Part shown: positions 28,974-41,100 of the stretch, in pieces
Layout: every line of letters begins with the position of its first letter
Numbering within the stretch: position 1 is the first letter of the stretch
From: an uncultured delta proteobacterium
GTDB taxonomy: Bacteria; Myxococcota_A; Polyangia; Polyangiales; Polyangiaceae
DNA length: 64,000 nucleotides
Direction: 5' to 3'
NCBI GenBank assembly: GCA_963841435.1
Contig: CAWJCS010000003.1
Location: 928,001 to 992,000 of the forward strand
Program-made: the position numbers and the translations under genes
The notes under the pieces: model-generated
What the model was told of the DNA's origin: nothing
Seen by the model: only the letters and a program-made list of their open reading frames with translations
The model's database searches: none

Positions 28974-30815
28974 TTAATTGCCGATCGCGCGCACGTGGCG
29001 GAACGCGGGGGATAGGACGATGGACGTGATGAGGTCGCGCACGTTGCCAGTCGTGGCGAAGCTCTCGTGAATCGCGCGTAGCGCGCAGCCGTCGTCGGTG
29101 GATTCCATGCGACCGAGCGAGTAGCGGAACCACTGGTTGGCGACGCAGTCACTCACCGTGCGGCTCGCCGCGAGGCGCTGCCCGAGCTCGACGCCGCCGA
29201 CGTAGGGGACCTCGAGGTCGGGGCCGGCGTCGTAGATGACGCCCGTCGCGTCGATCGTTTCGCCCCCTTCGGTGGTGCGGTACTTGCCGATGCCGTCGTA
29301 GTTTTCGAGCGACAGCCCAATCGGGTCCATCTGCGTGTGGCAGCCGCCGCACGTGGGGTCGGACTCGTGGGCCACGAAGCGGTCGCGCGCCGTGGGGCCG
29401 AGCGAGGGCGGCAGCGGCGACGCCATCACGTCGAGCGGCGGCGGCTCGATGGGCTGGCACAGGATGTTCTCCCGCACGGCGATGCCGCGATGAACGGGCG
29501 AAGGGGAGTCCCCACGGTAGTGCTTCACGAGAAAGGCAGCCTGCGTGAGCAGCCCGCCGCGCTCGGTGGGATCGAGCTCGACGCGCGTGCCGGGGGTAAA
29601 GCCGGGCGGCTCGGCAAGACCGTAGGTCCCGAACAGCGGGCCCTCGGGGAAGGAGAAGCTCGCCGTGAACAGCGTGCTCAACAGGCCGTCGCCGCTTCGG
29701 ACGACGTAATCGGTGAAGGTCGTCGTCTCGTCGATCATCGCGGTCGCAACGTCCGGCTGCGTCTGGCCGAGCGTGCCGAACTCGTTCGCGTTGATGGCGA
29801 GCCACTGCAAGTGGAACGACGGCACGGAGTCGCGCGCCTTCGGGTCGGCGAGCATGCGGGCGACCTGGGCGTCGAGCGTCGCGTCGTCGTCGAGCGCGCC
29901 CCCGGCGGCGAGATCGAAGAGCGCCTGGTCGGGCATCGTGTCCCACATGAAGTACGAGAGGCGCGAGGCGAGCTCGTACGACGTGAGCGGTTCCGGCTTG
30001 GCGGACGGCGCGCCGCTCGCGCCGATGTCGGCGTGGTAGAGGAAGAACGGCGATTGGAGCATCGCTTCCACGACGAGGCGGAAGCCGTTCGTGGCGTCGC
30101 TCCCCCCGACGGCGAAGAGGGCCGCGTAGGCGTCGACCTCGGACGGCTCGAGCGGACGGCGGTAGGCTTTGAGCCCGAATTCGGCGATGAAATTTCGAAC
30201 GCACGCATCGCCCGTCGCAAGGTCGCAAGGCGAAAGCTCGGCGATGCGGCTCTTCGCGCCGACGGCCAGCGCCTGTGCCGCTTCCTGGAGCTGCTGAACC
30301 ACGAGATCGGTGATGGGCGAGATGGCGTTGCTCGTGAACGGACCCACGGTTTCGTCGGGGGAGATGCCCGCGGCGGGGGTTCCCGTCGCGCCCAACAGAT
30401 CGCGCACGGTGTGCTCGTACTGTGTTCGCGTGAGCCTCGCGACACGGCTCCGGCCGACGCGGAGCTGATCGCCCGTCTCGCTATCGCATTGGTCGGCGGG
30501 CGGATCCACGATACCGCCGCTGCCCGACGCGCCGGCGCTGCCGCCGGTGCCACCGCCCGTGCCGCCCGTGCTCGCGCCGCCTGTCGCCGACACCGAGCCG
30601 CCAGTGCCACCGGATGCCGAGCTGCCACCGGATGCCGAGCTGCCGCCCGTGGCACCCGTGCTGCTCGTGGCCCCGCTGCCCGTCGCGCCATCGGAGGTCG
30701 AGTCACTACTGATGGTGGCCTGACAACCGACGAGCGAAAGCGCGCTCAGCACGCCGAACAGCGTGAGACGCTGAGCGGCGAACGCGGCGCGGATGGGTCG
30801 CTCGTTTGCCATCAC
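28974..30815 (-). CDS. DUF1592/DUF1588/DUF1595/DUF1587/DUF1585 lipoprotein with CxxCH
   Basis: Lipobox LVGC, Gly-rich linker, RLTRTQYEHTVRDL, YELASRLSYF.WDTMPD, SPVHRG, CGGCH. Confidence 0.9.
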   Translation of the reverse strand: MMANERPIRAAFAAQRLTLFGVLSALSLVGCQATISSDSTSDGATGSGATSSTGATGGSSASGGSSASGGTGGSVSATGGASTGGTGGGTGGSAGASGSGGIVDPPADQCDSETGDQLRVGRSRVARLTRTQYEHTVRDLLGATGTPAAGISPDETVGPFTSNAISPITDLVVQQLQEAAQALAVGAKSRIAELSPCDLATGDACVRNFIAEFGLKAYRRPLEPSEVDAYAALFAVGGSDATNGFRLVVEAMLQSPFFLYHADIGASGAPSAKPEPLTSYELASRLSYFMWDTMPDQALFDLAAGGALDDDATLDAQVARMLADPKARDSVPSFHLQWLAINANEFGTLGQTQPDVATAMIDETTTFTDYVVRSGDGLLSTLFTASFSFPEGPLFGTYGLAEPPGFTPGTRVELDPTERGGLLTQAAFLVKHYRGDSPSPVHRGIAVRENILCQPIEPPPLDVMASPLPPSLGPTARDRFVAHESDPTCGGCHTQMDPIGLSLENYDGIGKYRTTEGGETIDATGVIYDAGPDLEVPYVGGVELGQRLAASRTVSDCVANQWFRYSLGRMESTDDGCALRAIHESFATTGNVRDLITSIVLSPAFRHVRAIGN

Positions 30816-30885
30816 GTGGTCCTCGAAATCGACAGTGCCTCGGGCCCGTGGAAGCAGGCCGAGCTGAAACGATTAAGTTACTATG

Positions 30886-30891
30886 ATTATA
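30886..30891 (-). promoter_or_regulatory. Putative -10 box for the DUF1592-DUF1552 operon
   Basis: Perfect TATAAT on the minus strand in an AT-rich patch about 70 nt upstream of the start; no clear -35. Confidence 0.35.
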
Positions 30892-31044
30892 CCGCTCCAG
30901 CAAGTCGCCGCGGCGCTCGCGCCGCCACTGAATCGTTCTTCTGTGACCGCAAGTCAGAAGTGCAAAGCTCGGGACGGTCAACCACTCTTGAACACGATGT
31001 CGGATGGCAGCGCACACGATGGGGGCGCGGGACCGCAAGCTCGT

Positions 31045-33479
31045 CTAGAACGGCGGCGGTTCGGCCGCGGTGGTGCGATCCTCATCGTCGTGTTCGGGCG
31101 GCGACGGGGTCGTCGGAGCTTCGGGCTCGTCCTCGACGCCGGCATCGAGCGCGTCAACGGCCGTGCTCGGCGGCTCGACAGGAGCATCCGCCGTGGCGAC
31201 ACCCGTCGGTACAGTTCCGTCTAAAAATTCCTCGTCGATGGCGTCGGCCTGACCAGGGTACGCGAGCAAACCCGTGTGCGGATCGATCGTCGCTGTCACG
31301 ATGCCGCCGGGGCGTGGAAAGTCCGTGCTCGGGTGCCCGGCATGCGCCGCCTTCATGAAGCTCACCCAGATCGGCAGCGCCGTGACGGCGCCGGATTCGC
31401 CCCAGCCAAGCCCAATCGGCTCGTCGTAGCCGACCCACGTGCCCGCGACGATTTCCGTGGAAAACCCGACGAACCACGCGTCTTTCGCCTTGTTCGTCGT
31501 GCCCGTCTTGCCGGCAACGGGCCGACCGAGCGCCTTGGCGCGCTGACCGGTACCGTTCTGGACGACGCTCTGCATGAGGCTCGTCGTGAGGTACGCCTCC
31601 TCGGCGCTCATCACGCGCCGCGCGGGCGGCGTGGGCGGCAGCGGAAGCTCGACACCGCCGGGACCGACGACGCGCAGAATCAATCGCGCGGGCACAAGCT
31701 CACCGCCGCTCGCGAGCGTCCCGATCGCGTTGGCGAGCTCGAGCGGCGTGACCTCGTACGCGCCGAGCGCGAGGGACGGCGTCGGCTCGAGCCGCGACTC
31801 GATGCCGAGCGCGTGCGCCCAGGCGACGACGTTCGGCGCGCCCACCTCCTTCAGCAAGAGAGCCGCCGCGTCGTTGTCGCTCTTCGCGATGGCACCGCGC
31901 ACGCTGAGCGCGCGCGTCTCGGGAACGACGCCGTCGGGCACGCCCGCGTCCGGCTTGGGCTTTTCGTGGTTGGGCAGCGTGAGCACGCTCGCGGGCGTGA
32001 AACGCCGCGACGCGAGGGCGTAACCGTAGAGGAAGGGCTTGAAGGACGAGCCTGGCTGACGGTGGGCATGGAGCGCGCGGTCGAGACCGCCCACGACGGC
32101 GTCGTACCCGCCCACGAGCGCGCGGATCTCGCGCGTGCGCACGTCGATGGCGACGAGCGCTGCTTCCGGCCCGAGCGCGAGCCGGCAGCTCGCAGGCGGC
32201 GCTTCGGCCCCCGCGAGCTCGCCGTCGGGCACGACGCGCAACAGCGCGCCCACGCGGGTGAGCTCGCTCGGCGGCAAGCGCTTGGGATCGAAACGGCTCT
32301 CGAGCCGCAAGAGCACGCGACAGCGCGAGCCGCCAACGTCAACGTCGAGGCTACCGGCGGTATCGTCGAGGGCGACGACGCGCCCGACGGCGGCGTGAGC
32401 GGGCCTCGGCGGCTCCGTCGCCGGCTTGCCCCAGAGCCGCCGCGTCTCGGCCGTGAACGGCGCCTCGAGCTTCTGACGATGCGCGTAGGCGTCGAGCCCC
32501 TCGCGCACCGCCTGCCGCGCCGCGGCCTGCAAGGCCGGGTCGATGCTCGTCGTGACGACGTAACCGCCGCGCTTGGCACGAGTCCCCGCGATCTCGGAGA
32601 GCACGCGTTCGACCTCGGCGACGACCTCGGGCGCGAGCTCCGAGTCCGCATCGAACGCGGGGGCGAGCGGTGCCGGCGCGTCACGGGCCCCCTGCCACAG
32701 ATCGCGGGTGATGAAGCCCTTCTCGAGCATCTGGTCGAGCACGTAGCGCCGGCGCGCGAGGGCGCGGGCCTCGTCGCGGCGCGGCGAAAAACGCTCGGGT
32801 GCCGCCACGAGCCCGGCGAGGGTCGCCGCCTCCTTGAGATCGAGGTCGCGCGCCTTCTTGCCGTAGTAGTAGCGCGCCGCTTCCTCGAGACCGTAGCGCC
32901 CGTGGCCGAGGTAGATGTGATTGAGGTAGAGGCCGAAGATCTCGTCCTTGGTGAGCGACTGCTCGAGGCGGCGCGCGAGGATCGTCTCCTTGATCTTGCG
33001 CTCGTAGGTGCGATCGGCGTCGAGCACGACGTTCTTGATGACCTGCTGCGTGATGGTGCTCCCGCCCTGGCGCGTGTGGCCCGCGCGCAGGTTCGCGACG
33101 AGCGCGCGCAGCATGCCGACGTAGTTGAGCCCCGCGTGCTCGTAGAAGCTCGCGTCCTCGGCCGCGAGGAAGCAGAGCTTCACGTGCTCCGGGATCTCCG
33201 AGAACGGAATGACGGTGCGGCGCTCGATGAACAAGCTCGCGAGCAACGAGCCGTCGCGCGCGAGCACGCGCGTGACCTGCGGCGGATCGTAGCCGCGTTT
33301 GAGCTCGGCGACGCTCGGCAGCCCGCGCTCGTAGTGCTCGACGACGATGACGACGGCGAGCACCGCCGCGAGAAACAGCGTGAGCAGCGTGAGCCCCGTC
33401 CAGCGCAGCACCGAGAGCAGGCGTTCACGCGTACGGCGCGCCGGGGGCGCGGCCTCCGAAGGAGGCGACTCTTCCGTCA

Positions 33480-33480
<1 letters not shown>
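31045..33480 (-). CDS. mrcA: Class A penicillin-binding protein 1A (transglycosylase/transpeptidase)
   Basis: AAEDASFYEH, QGGSTITQQ, RKIKE, YLNHIYLG; QPGSSFKPF (SxxK), KSDN (SxN), AGKTGTT (KTG). Confidence 0.93.
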
Positions 33481-34547
<1,067 letters not shown>

Positions 34548-35028
34548 CCGGATCTCGATGAATACCAAAAGATCCCGGCGCGTACGAGCACGACCCGCTA
34601 ACGCGGCCCGGATCGACGATCGGCCCGCTGGGCGGAACCGCCGCGGCCGGGAAGCGTCCGCAAACCCGAGCGCGCGCCCGAGCTCGTGCAACGACACGTC
34701 GCGCCACGGCGCGACGGGCAGGGACGCGGCAGTGGTGGGATCCAATCCTGCTGATCCCGGCCGAGGTCCGAGCAGCGAGTCCGCTTGCATCGTTCGGCCG
34801 ATCGTCGGGCCGTGCTCGGACGGCGCTGCTCGAGCGCGCCGGGCAAGGGGCGACTGAGGCAACGCGAGCGAAAAGGGCTCGGGGGGAGCCGCTCTGCGCA
34901 AGGCGCCCGCTGCAGGGGCACGGGGTCCCTGGTATGCTCGACTCGTGTCGCTGCCTGACGAGCTCACGCCTGCGGAACGCGCCTGGATCCTCGAGCGGCT
35001 CACGGGTTCCCGGTCCTAAGAAAACGTC

Positions 35029-35808
35029 ATGACCGAGATCTTGCGGAGCGAGCTGCTCACCGCAGCCGGTTTTCGGCACGCGTTCTTCACGCGGGCGGGC
35101 GGCGTCTCGACGGGACCGTACGCGAGCCTGAGCTTTTCGGTGGCGGTCGGTGACGCACCCGAGGCCGTCGCCGGAAATATCGAGCGCGCTGCTCGCGAGC
35201 TCGGTGTGTCGAAAGAGCACGTTTACTTTCTGTCACAGGTGCATGGAAAAGAGGTCGTCGAGATCGACGGGCGCTCGCCGCGCGAAGAGGTGCTCCGGCT
35301 CGAGGCCGACGCGCTCGTGAGCTCGAACCCGGAGATTGCCTGCGGCGTGCGCAGCGCCGATTGCGTGCCCATCTTGCTCGGCGACCCCCGCTCGGGCGCG
35401 GTCGGGGCCGTGCACGCGGGGTGGCGCGGCGTCGTGCGCGGCGTGGTCGAAGCGGCCGTCCTTGCGCTGCGCCGGCGCGCGGCGGGCGAGGGTCGCCTGC
35501 TCGCGGCGATCGGGCCGCACATCCGCCAAGATGCATTCGAGGTGTCCGAGGACGTCGCGGTCGAGCTCGAGAGAGCGTCTCCCGTGGCGGGCGCCGTGCG
35601 GCGCGGCGCCGGAAAGCCGCACGTTTCGCTAGCGACAATCGTGCGCGCCCAGTTGCTCTCGTCCGGGCTCGCTGTAAGCGACGTGGACGACGTGGGGGGC
35701 TGCACGGCGAGCGAGCCGGCTCGATTCTTTTCGTTTCGGCGCGATGGCCGGGTCGGCGGGCGCCACTTGTCCGCGATCGTGGCGCTTTCGGGACAACCGC
35801 GAGCGTGA
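35029..35808 (+). CDS. pgeF: Peptidoglycan editing factor PgeF / YfiH family
   Basis: FFTRAGGVS, QVHG, ADCVPILL, HAGWRG, IGPHI, FFSFRRDG. Confidence 0.93.
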   Translation: MTEILRSELLTAAGFRHAFFTRAGGVSTGPYASLSFSVAVGDAPEAVAGNIERAARELGVSKEHVYFLSQVHGKEVVEIDGRSPREEVLRLEADALVSSNPEIACGVRSADCVPILLGDPRSGAVGAVHAGWRGVVRGVVEAAVLALRRRAAGEGRLLAAIGPHIRQDAFEVSEDVAVELERASPVAGAVRRGAGKPHVSLATIVRAQLLSSGLAVSDVDDVGGCTASEPARFFSFRRDGRVGGRHLSAIVALSGQPRA

Positions 35809-35877
35809 GGCTCACCGCGGATCTTGCGCGCGACATCGACCCCGGCAATGATTCGGACGCTCGGAGCCGATTTTTCA

Positions 35878-37650
35878 ATGCTTCTCGTCAAGTGCGACCG
35901 CTGCGGGGCAAGCTACAAGCTCTCCGACGATCTGTTTCGTCGCAAGGCTGCAGGCTACGGCGTCGTCGTCACCTGTCGACGCTGCAAGCAAGAGATCCAC
36001 GTCGACGAGCATGGCGTGCGGTCAACGTCGGCGGCAGACGCGATGACCGAGTCCGCCGCACCCGACGCCGTGGGCGCAAAGCCGCCCCCGCGACCCCGAC
36101 CCGCTTCGCCCGAGCCGCCCAAGGTCGCGACACGTCCGCTGCCACCGCGAGTTGCCGGCGGACCGCCGCGCCCGCACACCGGCGCGACGGCCGCGGCGAT
36201 GGCACCGCGCCCCAACGTGAGCCGTGGACCCATGCGGCCCGCGCCGAAGCTCGTCGCGCTGTCGCCAGGGCTGCTCGGCGCCGACTCGCCGAGGCCGCCG
36301 CCCGTCCAGCCGAAGCCCGTCGCAATACAGCCGCCGACGCAGCCCGCAGCAACGGCCGAAACCTCGTCTCCAGACTCCGCGGCAGTGACGCCACGTCCGC
36401 CCTCCTCCGCCGCCGACTCGGAGATCCCGGTCGCATCGTCGGATTTCGTTTCGGATCCGGAGCCCACCGCCCCGCTGGACTCGAGTGACTTTCTCACCGA
36501 GTCGGCGCCGAAGGCCGGCGCCAAGCCGCGCCTGCCGGAAGCCCCGACCGGAAGACACCCGCCTTCGCTGATTTTTCACCCCGATCCCGAGCCCGAGCCG
36601 CCGAGCACGAGCAGCGCCCCCAAGCTCGAAAAGCTCGTCCACGATCTCGCGCCGCCGCGCAAAAAACCCGGCCACCCGCCGCGCCGCCAGCTTCCCTCCG
36701 GCGATCTGTCCGAGGACTTCATGAGCGCCGATCTCGGTTTCGAGGGGCCCGCGCTTCGACCGCCCGACGCCGACTCGCTCCTCAAGGCGCCGGTGTCGTC
36801 GCGTCCCGCCGCGAGCGCTGCTTCCGCCGCGAGCGCTGCTTCCACCGCAGCCGTCGCCAAGCCGCCCGAGTCGAAGCCCGCGGCAAACAAGTCGGCGCAG
36901 CCGGTCGCCGTCAAGAGCAAGACAGAGAGCGGCTCGGGTCGCGGTTGGATCGCGCTCGTCGCGCTCCTGCTGCTCGGCGTGGGTGGCTACGCGTTCCGCG
37001 ATCGCCTCGGGGGCGGCGGCTCGCGCGAGGCCGAGCCGACTCCCGAGGTCGCAGCCGCGCCCGAGCCCGCACCACCTCCCGAGCCTGCCGCGACAATCCC
37101 AGCCGCCGCCGAGCCCGCCGAGTCGGCACAAGCCGCGGCCGAGCCGGGCGCCGCCGAGCCCGCGACGGCGACGGCCGAAGCACCCAGCGAAGCGCCGGCT
37201 CCTGCGACGCCCGCCGCGACGTCCATCGCGCGCGCCGAGGCGAGCCCCCAAGCGACGGCCGCCACGCGCCCCGCGAGCGACACGACCGTCGCTGCCGCGC
37301 CTGCCGCCACGCAAAAGGCCACTGCAACGCCCACCACGGCCGCGCCGACGAACATCGAGCCGCGCCCGAGCGTCGGCAGCGAGCCCTTCAACACGGCGGC
37401 GGCACGCAGCGCGCTCGAAGCGGCGGCGGGGCAGGCCTCGAGCTGCCGCAAACCAGGAGATCCGAGCGGCATCGCCGTCGTTGTGATCACGTTCTCGCCG
37501 ACGGGCCGCGTCACCACGGCAACGGTCAACGGTCCGCCGTTCGCTGCCACGCAGACGGGCGGCTGCATCGCTTCGACGCTACGCAAGGCGCGCGTCCCCG
37601 CGTTCGCCGGCGACATGGTCACGGTCAAGAAGACGGTGACGATTCACTAG
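35878..37650 (+). CDS. Zinc-ribbon (MJ0042-type) / Pro-rich / TM / TonB-C-like protein (AgmX/GltJ-like architecture)
   Basis: CDRC..CRRC N-terminus, long P/A/S linker, one TM, C-terminal VVITFSPTGRV..GGCIAS..VPAF. Confidence 0.78.
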   Translation: MLLVKCDRCGASYKLSDDLFRRKAAGYGVVVTCRRCKQEIHVDEHGVRSTSAADAMTESAAPDAVGAKPPPRPRPASPEPPKVATRPLPPRVAGGPPRPHTGATAAAMAPRPNVSRGPMRPAPKLVALSPGLLGADSPRPPPVQPKPVAIQPPTQPAATAETSSPDSAAVTPRPPSSAADSEIPVASSDFVSDPEPTAPLDSSDFLTESAPKAGAKPRLPEAPTGRHPPSLIFHPDPEPEPPSTSSAPKLEKLVHDLAPPRKKPGHPPRRQLPSGDLSEDFMSADLGFEGPALRPPDADSLLKAPVSSRPAASAASAASAASTAAVAKPPESKPAANKSAQPVAVKSKTESGSGRGWIALVALLLLGVGGYAFRDRLGGGGSREAEPTPEVAAAPEPAPPPEPAATIPAAAEPAESAQAAAEPGAAEPATATAEAPSEAPAPATPAATSIARAEASPQATAATRPASDTTVAAAPAATQKATATPTTAAPTNIEPRPSVGSEPFNTAAARSALEAAAGQASSCRKPGDPSGIAVVVITFSPTGRVTTATVNGPPFAATQTGGCIASTLRKARVPAFAGDMVTVKKTVTIH

Positions 37651-37669
37651 GGTTCTTGGGAGGTCGAGC

Positions 37670-38110
37670 GGCGGCCGTTCCGGCGGTTTTGGTTTGGGCG
37701 CGGCCGCCCGCGACGATCGTGATCTGGTCTTCCAAGACCGAGATGTCGTTGCAAGAGGGGGCTCTCGTGCCGCGTGATCCCGCGACGTTGGGAGATCGGT
37801 CACTCGAGGCGAACCGCCCTGCGACTCTGGCAAGCCCAAGACAGCCGGCGGCCGTTCCGGCGGTTCTTTGGTTTGGGATGTGGCGACTCGTGACGATCGT
37901 GATCTGGTCTTCCAAGACCGAGATGTCGTTGCAAGAGGGGGCTCTCGTGCCGCGTGATCCCGCGACGTTGGGAGATCGGTCACTCGAGGCGAACCGCCCT
38001 GCGACTCTGGCAAGCCCAAGACAGCCGGCGGCCGTTCCGGCGGTTCTTTGGTTTGGGATGTGGCGACTCGTGACGATCGTGATCTGGTCTTCCAAGACCG
38101 AGATGTCGTT
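37670..38110. repeat. Intergenic tandem array, 180-bp unit (2 identical copies plus partials), homologous to the 2169-3365 array
   Basis: GACGATCGTGATCTGGTCTTCCAAGACCGAGATGTCGTT at 37712, 37892 and 38072; degenerate partial unit at about 37670-37711. Confidence 0.95.
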
Positions 38111-41100
38111 TAGGGAAACGGCGGGCCCTGGGGGGCTGTGGTCGTCGATGTGAGGTCTTTGGGTGGGGCGTCGCGGGCCATGACCTGCGATGCCGTCGTC
38201 AGGATGTCGGGCTTGACGGCGATGTCGAGCTCTCGCCCGCTCACCGAGCCGTGGCACCCGGCGCAAAGGCCCCCGAACAGGTCGCGACGGAAGCTCTGCC
38301 GCGCGTCCTCACCTGGATAAAACTGCGTCTCCTCGCGCTGGGCGTGTGCGGACGGGCCACTGTCCGTCGCAAGCTTCACGCTCGCCTCGAGCATGACGGG
38401 CACGCCGCCCGGCACGATCATGCCCGCCGACGAATCGGCCTGCACCGGCACGTTGCCGAGGAACTGGCGGCGCGTGTAGAGCTGCCCGTACTTGTCGTTG
38501 ACGACGAAGCTGCCTCCCGACGCGAAATCGACCACGCCCTGATCCGGCGGCAAGCTCTCCCACACGCCGAGGCGCGGCCCCGAGGGGATGGGCCTGCCCG
38601 TTCTCGTGTTCTGGAACAGCAGGCTCTGGAGCACCCCGACGTCGAGAATCGTCACGCGCGCCTTCGTGCCCGGGCCGATGGTCGTCGCGGCGTTCGCCTC
38701 GTCGTAGCGCGAGCGAAAGACGCCCGAGTTCTGCTTCGCGTAGACGGCGGCGGGCCAGAGGCAATCGCGGCTCCCGTCCGAGACCAGCGTCGTGCGCCCG
38801 CCCGTTTCCGGATCGACGACCGCGATCTCGAACTTGCCGGAGAAGGCGTCGAGCGCCGTCACGGTGGGCGCGTAGCTCACGAGCAACCGGCCGTCGGGAA
38901 GCGGCGAGGGGTTGCGGTAGGCGCCCTGCGTGCCGGAGAGCTTGCCCGTCGCCGCGCCATCGACGAGCGCGAGGGAATGCTGGAAAAAGTCGGGGCTCGG
39001 CTTGCCGATCGCCGTCGGATCCACCGTGTAGTCGTCCGGATCGGCGCTCGCCTGATCGATGCCGATGCTGCGGTTGACGACCGCGAGCGCGCCCGCACCC
39101 CGCTCGGCGCCCTTGTCGCTCAGAATCATCGCGAGGTTCTTGTCGGCGAGCTCCACGACGTCGGTCAGCTGCGTAAAATCGATGGTGCTGCGCTGGCCGA
39201 AGAGCGGGTGGTAGTCGCCGCCGTCCAGATTGATGCGGCGACCCGCGAGCTGGTAGAAATCCGGCGCGCGCTTTTCGGTCGTGAAGATCACGCGCCCGTC
39301 GCGCATGAACGACGGCAAGAGCTCCTGGTTCGTGAGAAACGTCAACTGGCGGATCTTGCCGCCCGTCTCACGAACGTAGAGGTTGGCGTTCAGCTTGCTC
39401 GGATCGGCGGGCGTGCGCTGCGGGCCCGAGTAGCCGATCTCGTCGACGTTCGTGATGTTGCCACGCGTCGAGACGAAGACGATGCTCCCGTCGGGAGCGA
39501 AAGCGGGATCGAAGTTGTGGACGAGCGCGCCGTTCGCGAGCACCGGCCGGCCCGCGTCGTCGATGGGAGCGGCCTCGATGGCCGGATCGAGAGCACAGGC
39601 GCCGCCGTCAACGACGTAGACGTGGAACGGATCGTTTGCGCCGCTACGCGCCGCGAAGGCGATGCGATTGCCGTCCCAGGAGACGGCCGGGCGGCGCGCA
39701 TCCGTCGTCGCTGAGTCGAGACCGCAGAGAGCGCTCAGGCTCGTCTCGGCGCCGGTCGAGAGCGTGCCGTCGGTCGCGCGCGATAGCGCGACCTCGACGA
39801 CCTCGGCGCCGGGCCGGTAGGTCGCGAAATCCTGCGGCAAGTCCGCATCGGCGGGCGCCGGCGCGCGCACGAAGGCGAGCGCTCCGAGCGGCGTGCTCGT
39901 GCCCATGCGCGCCGTGCGTTCGAGCTCGAACCAGCGGCGCACCACGCAGTACGGCCGCTGCTCGTCGAGCGGCCCCGTCTCGGCGGCGACGGGATCGCAG
40001 ACGTCGTCGAGCTCGGCCGGTCCGAACAGATTGCCCCCGCGGTGGCGAATGCCGCCCGCCGATGGCGACAGGTTCTTCCTGATGAGCCGGCTCGCGTTGG
40101 GATCGGGCGACTCGAGCGCGAGCTGCTCCAGCGACAGCTCGTAGTTCTTGCGCGTCGCCGGCAGACCGAAGTGCCCACCCGCGCCGCCACGCAACCGGTA
40201 GTCGTGGAACATCGACGGCGAATGGCAGCCGAGGAACATGCAGCCGCGCTTGACGAGCATCGGCTGCACACGGTCGGCGAAGAACATGAAGCCGGGGTCG
40301 GTGGGCACGCGAGTGGGCCCGCCTTTTTCGGCGGCCCAGGCCTCGAGGGCCACGTAGCCTTGGTCGTCGCGCGAGGCGAACACGGTACCGCCCTCGTGGA
40401 AGCTGCCGCCCGCGTCGCGGGACAGGGCGCGCCTGAGCATCTCGCTCGACGACGTGTTCGCCGAAACGTAGTCGGCGAACACGAAGTAGTTCCAGCGCAC
40501 CTGCTCCGGGCTCGCCCCGCAGGTAAGGTGCATGACGTTGGCGCGCGCGCCGTGGCAGTTGCCGGCCGCACAGCGCCCCGCGATGACGGGCTCGACGCGC
40601 GAGACGAACGTGCCGTAGTCGGGAGCCGCGGGGTCGACCGAGCCGTCGAACGCGGGGTCGTTGCCGATCAGCTCCGTGCAGGGGTCGAGAGCGGGGCGTC
40701 GCTCGGCGGGCTTTGCGTTGTTCTCGGCGGCGCCGTTGTCGATCCAGGTCTGTAGTGTCGTGAAGGTCGCGCTCGTGAAGTCGATCTGCGAGCGGCCCGC
40801 ATGCGTCACGTCGGTCGTGATGAGCACCGGGGGCGCGTCGTCCCACTTCGACAGCGAGATCTTGTAGGGGGGGACGACCTTGAGCAGCAGCCCCGGCACA
40901 CCGTACGGCCCGTAGTCCACCAACAGGTCGCGCCGGAGGTTCAGCGTGTCGTAGGTCTCGGTGCTCAGGTTGCCGAACGCGTTGCCACCGGGGTCGGCGA
41001 CGTGGCAGCTCGAGCGCGTCGGGCTGATCGAGCAGTTGCCGTGCAGGACCGGACCGATCTTGCGATCGTAAAAGGTGGTGCGCTCGGGCTGCTCGTCCCG

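Noticed and set aside
34550-34940. ncRNA or tRNA in the long kinase-pgeF gap
   Set aside because: No recognisable tRNA arms or riboswitch consensus; may partly be a kinase N-terminal extension
37579-38266. ORFs spanning the 180-bp array
   Set aside because: They overlap the ends of both flanking genes and have no credible start
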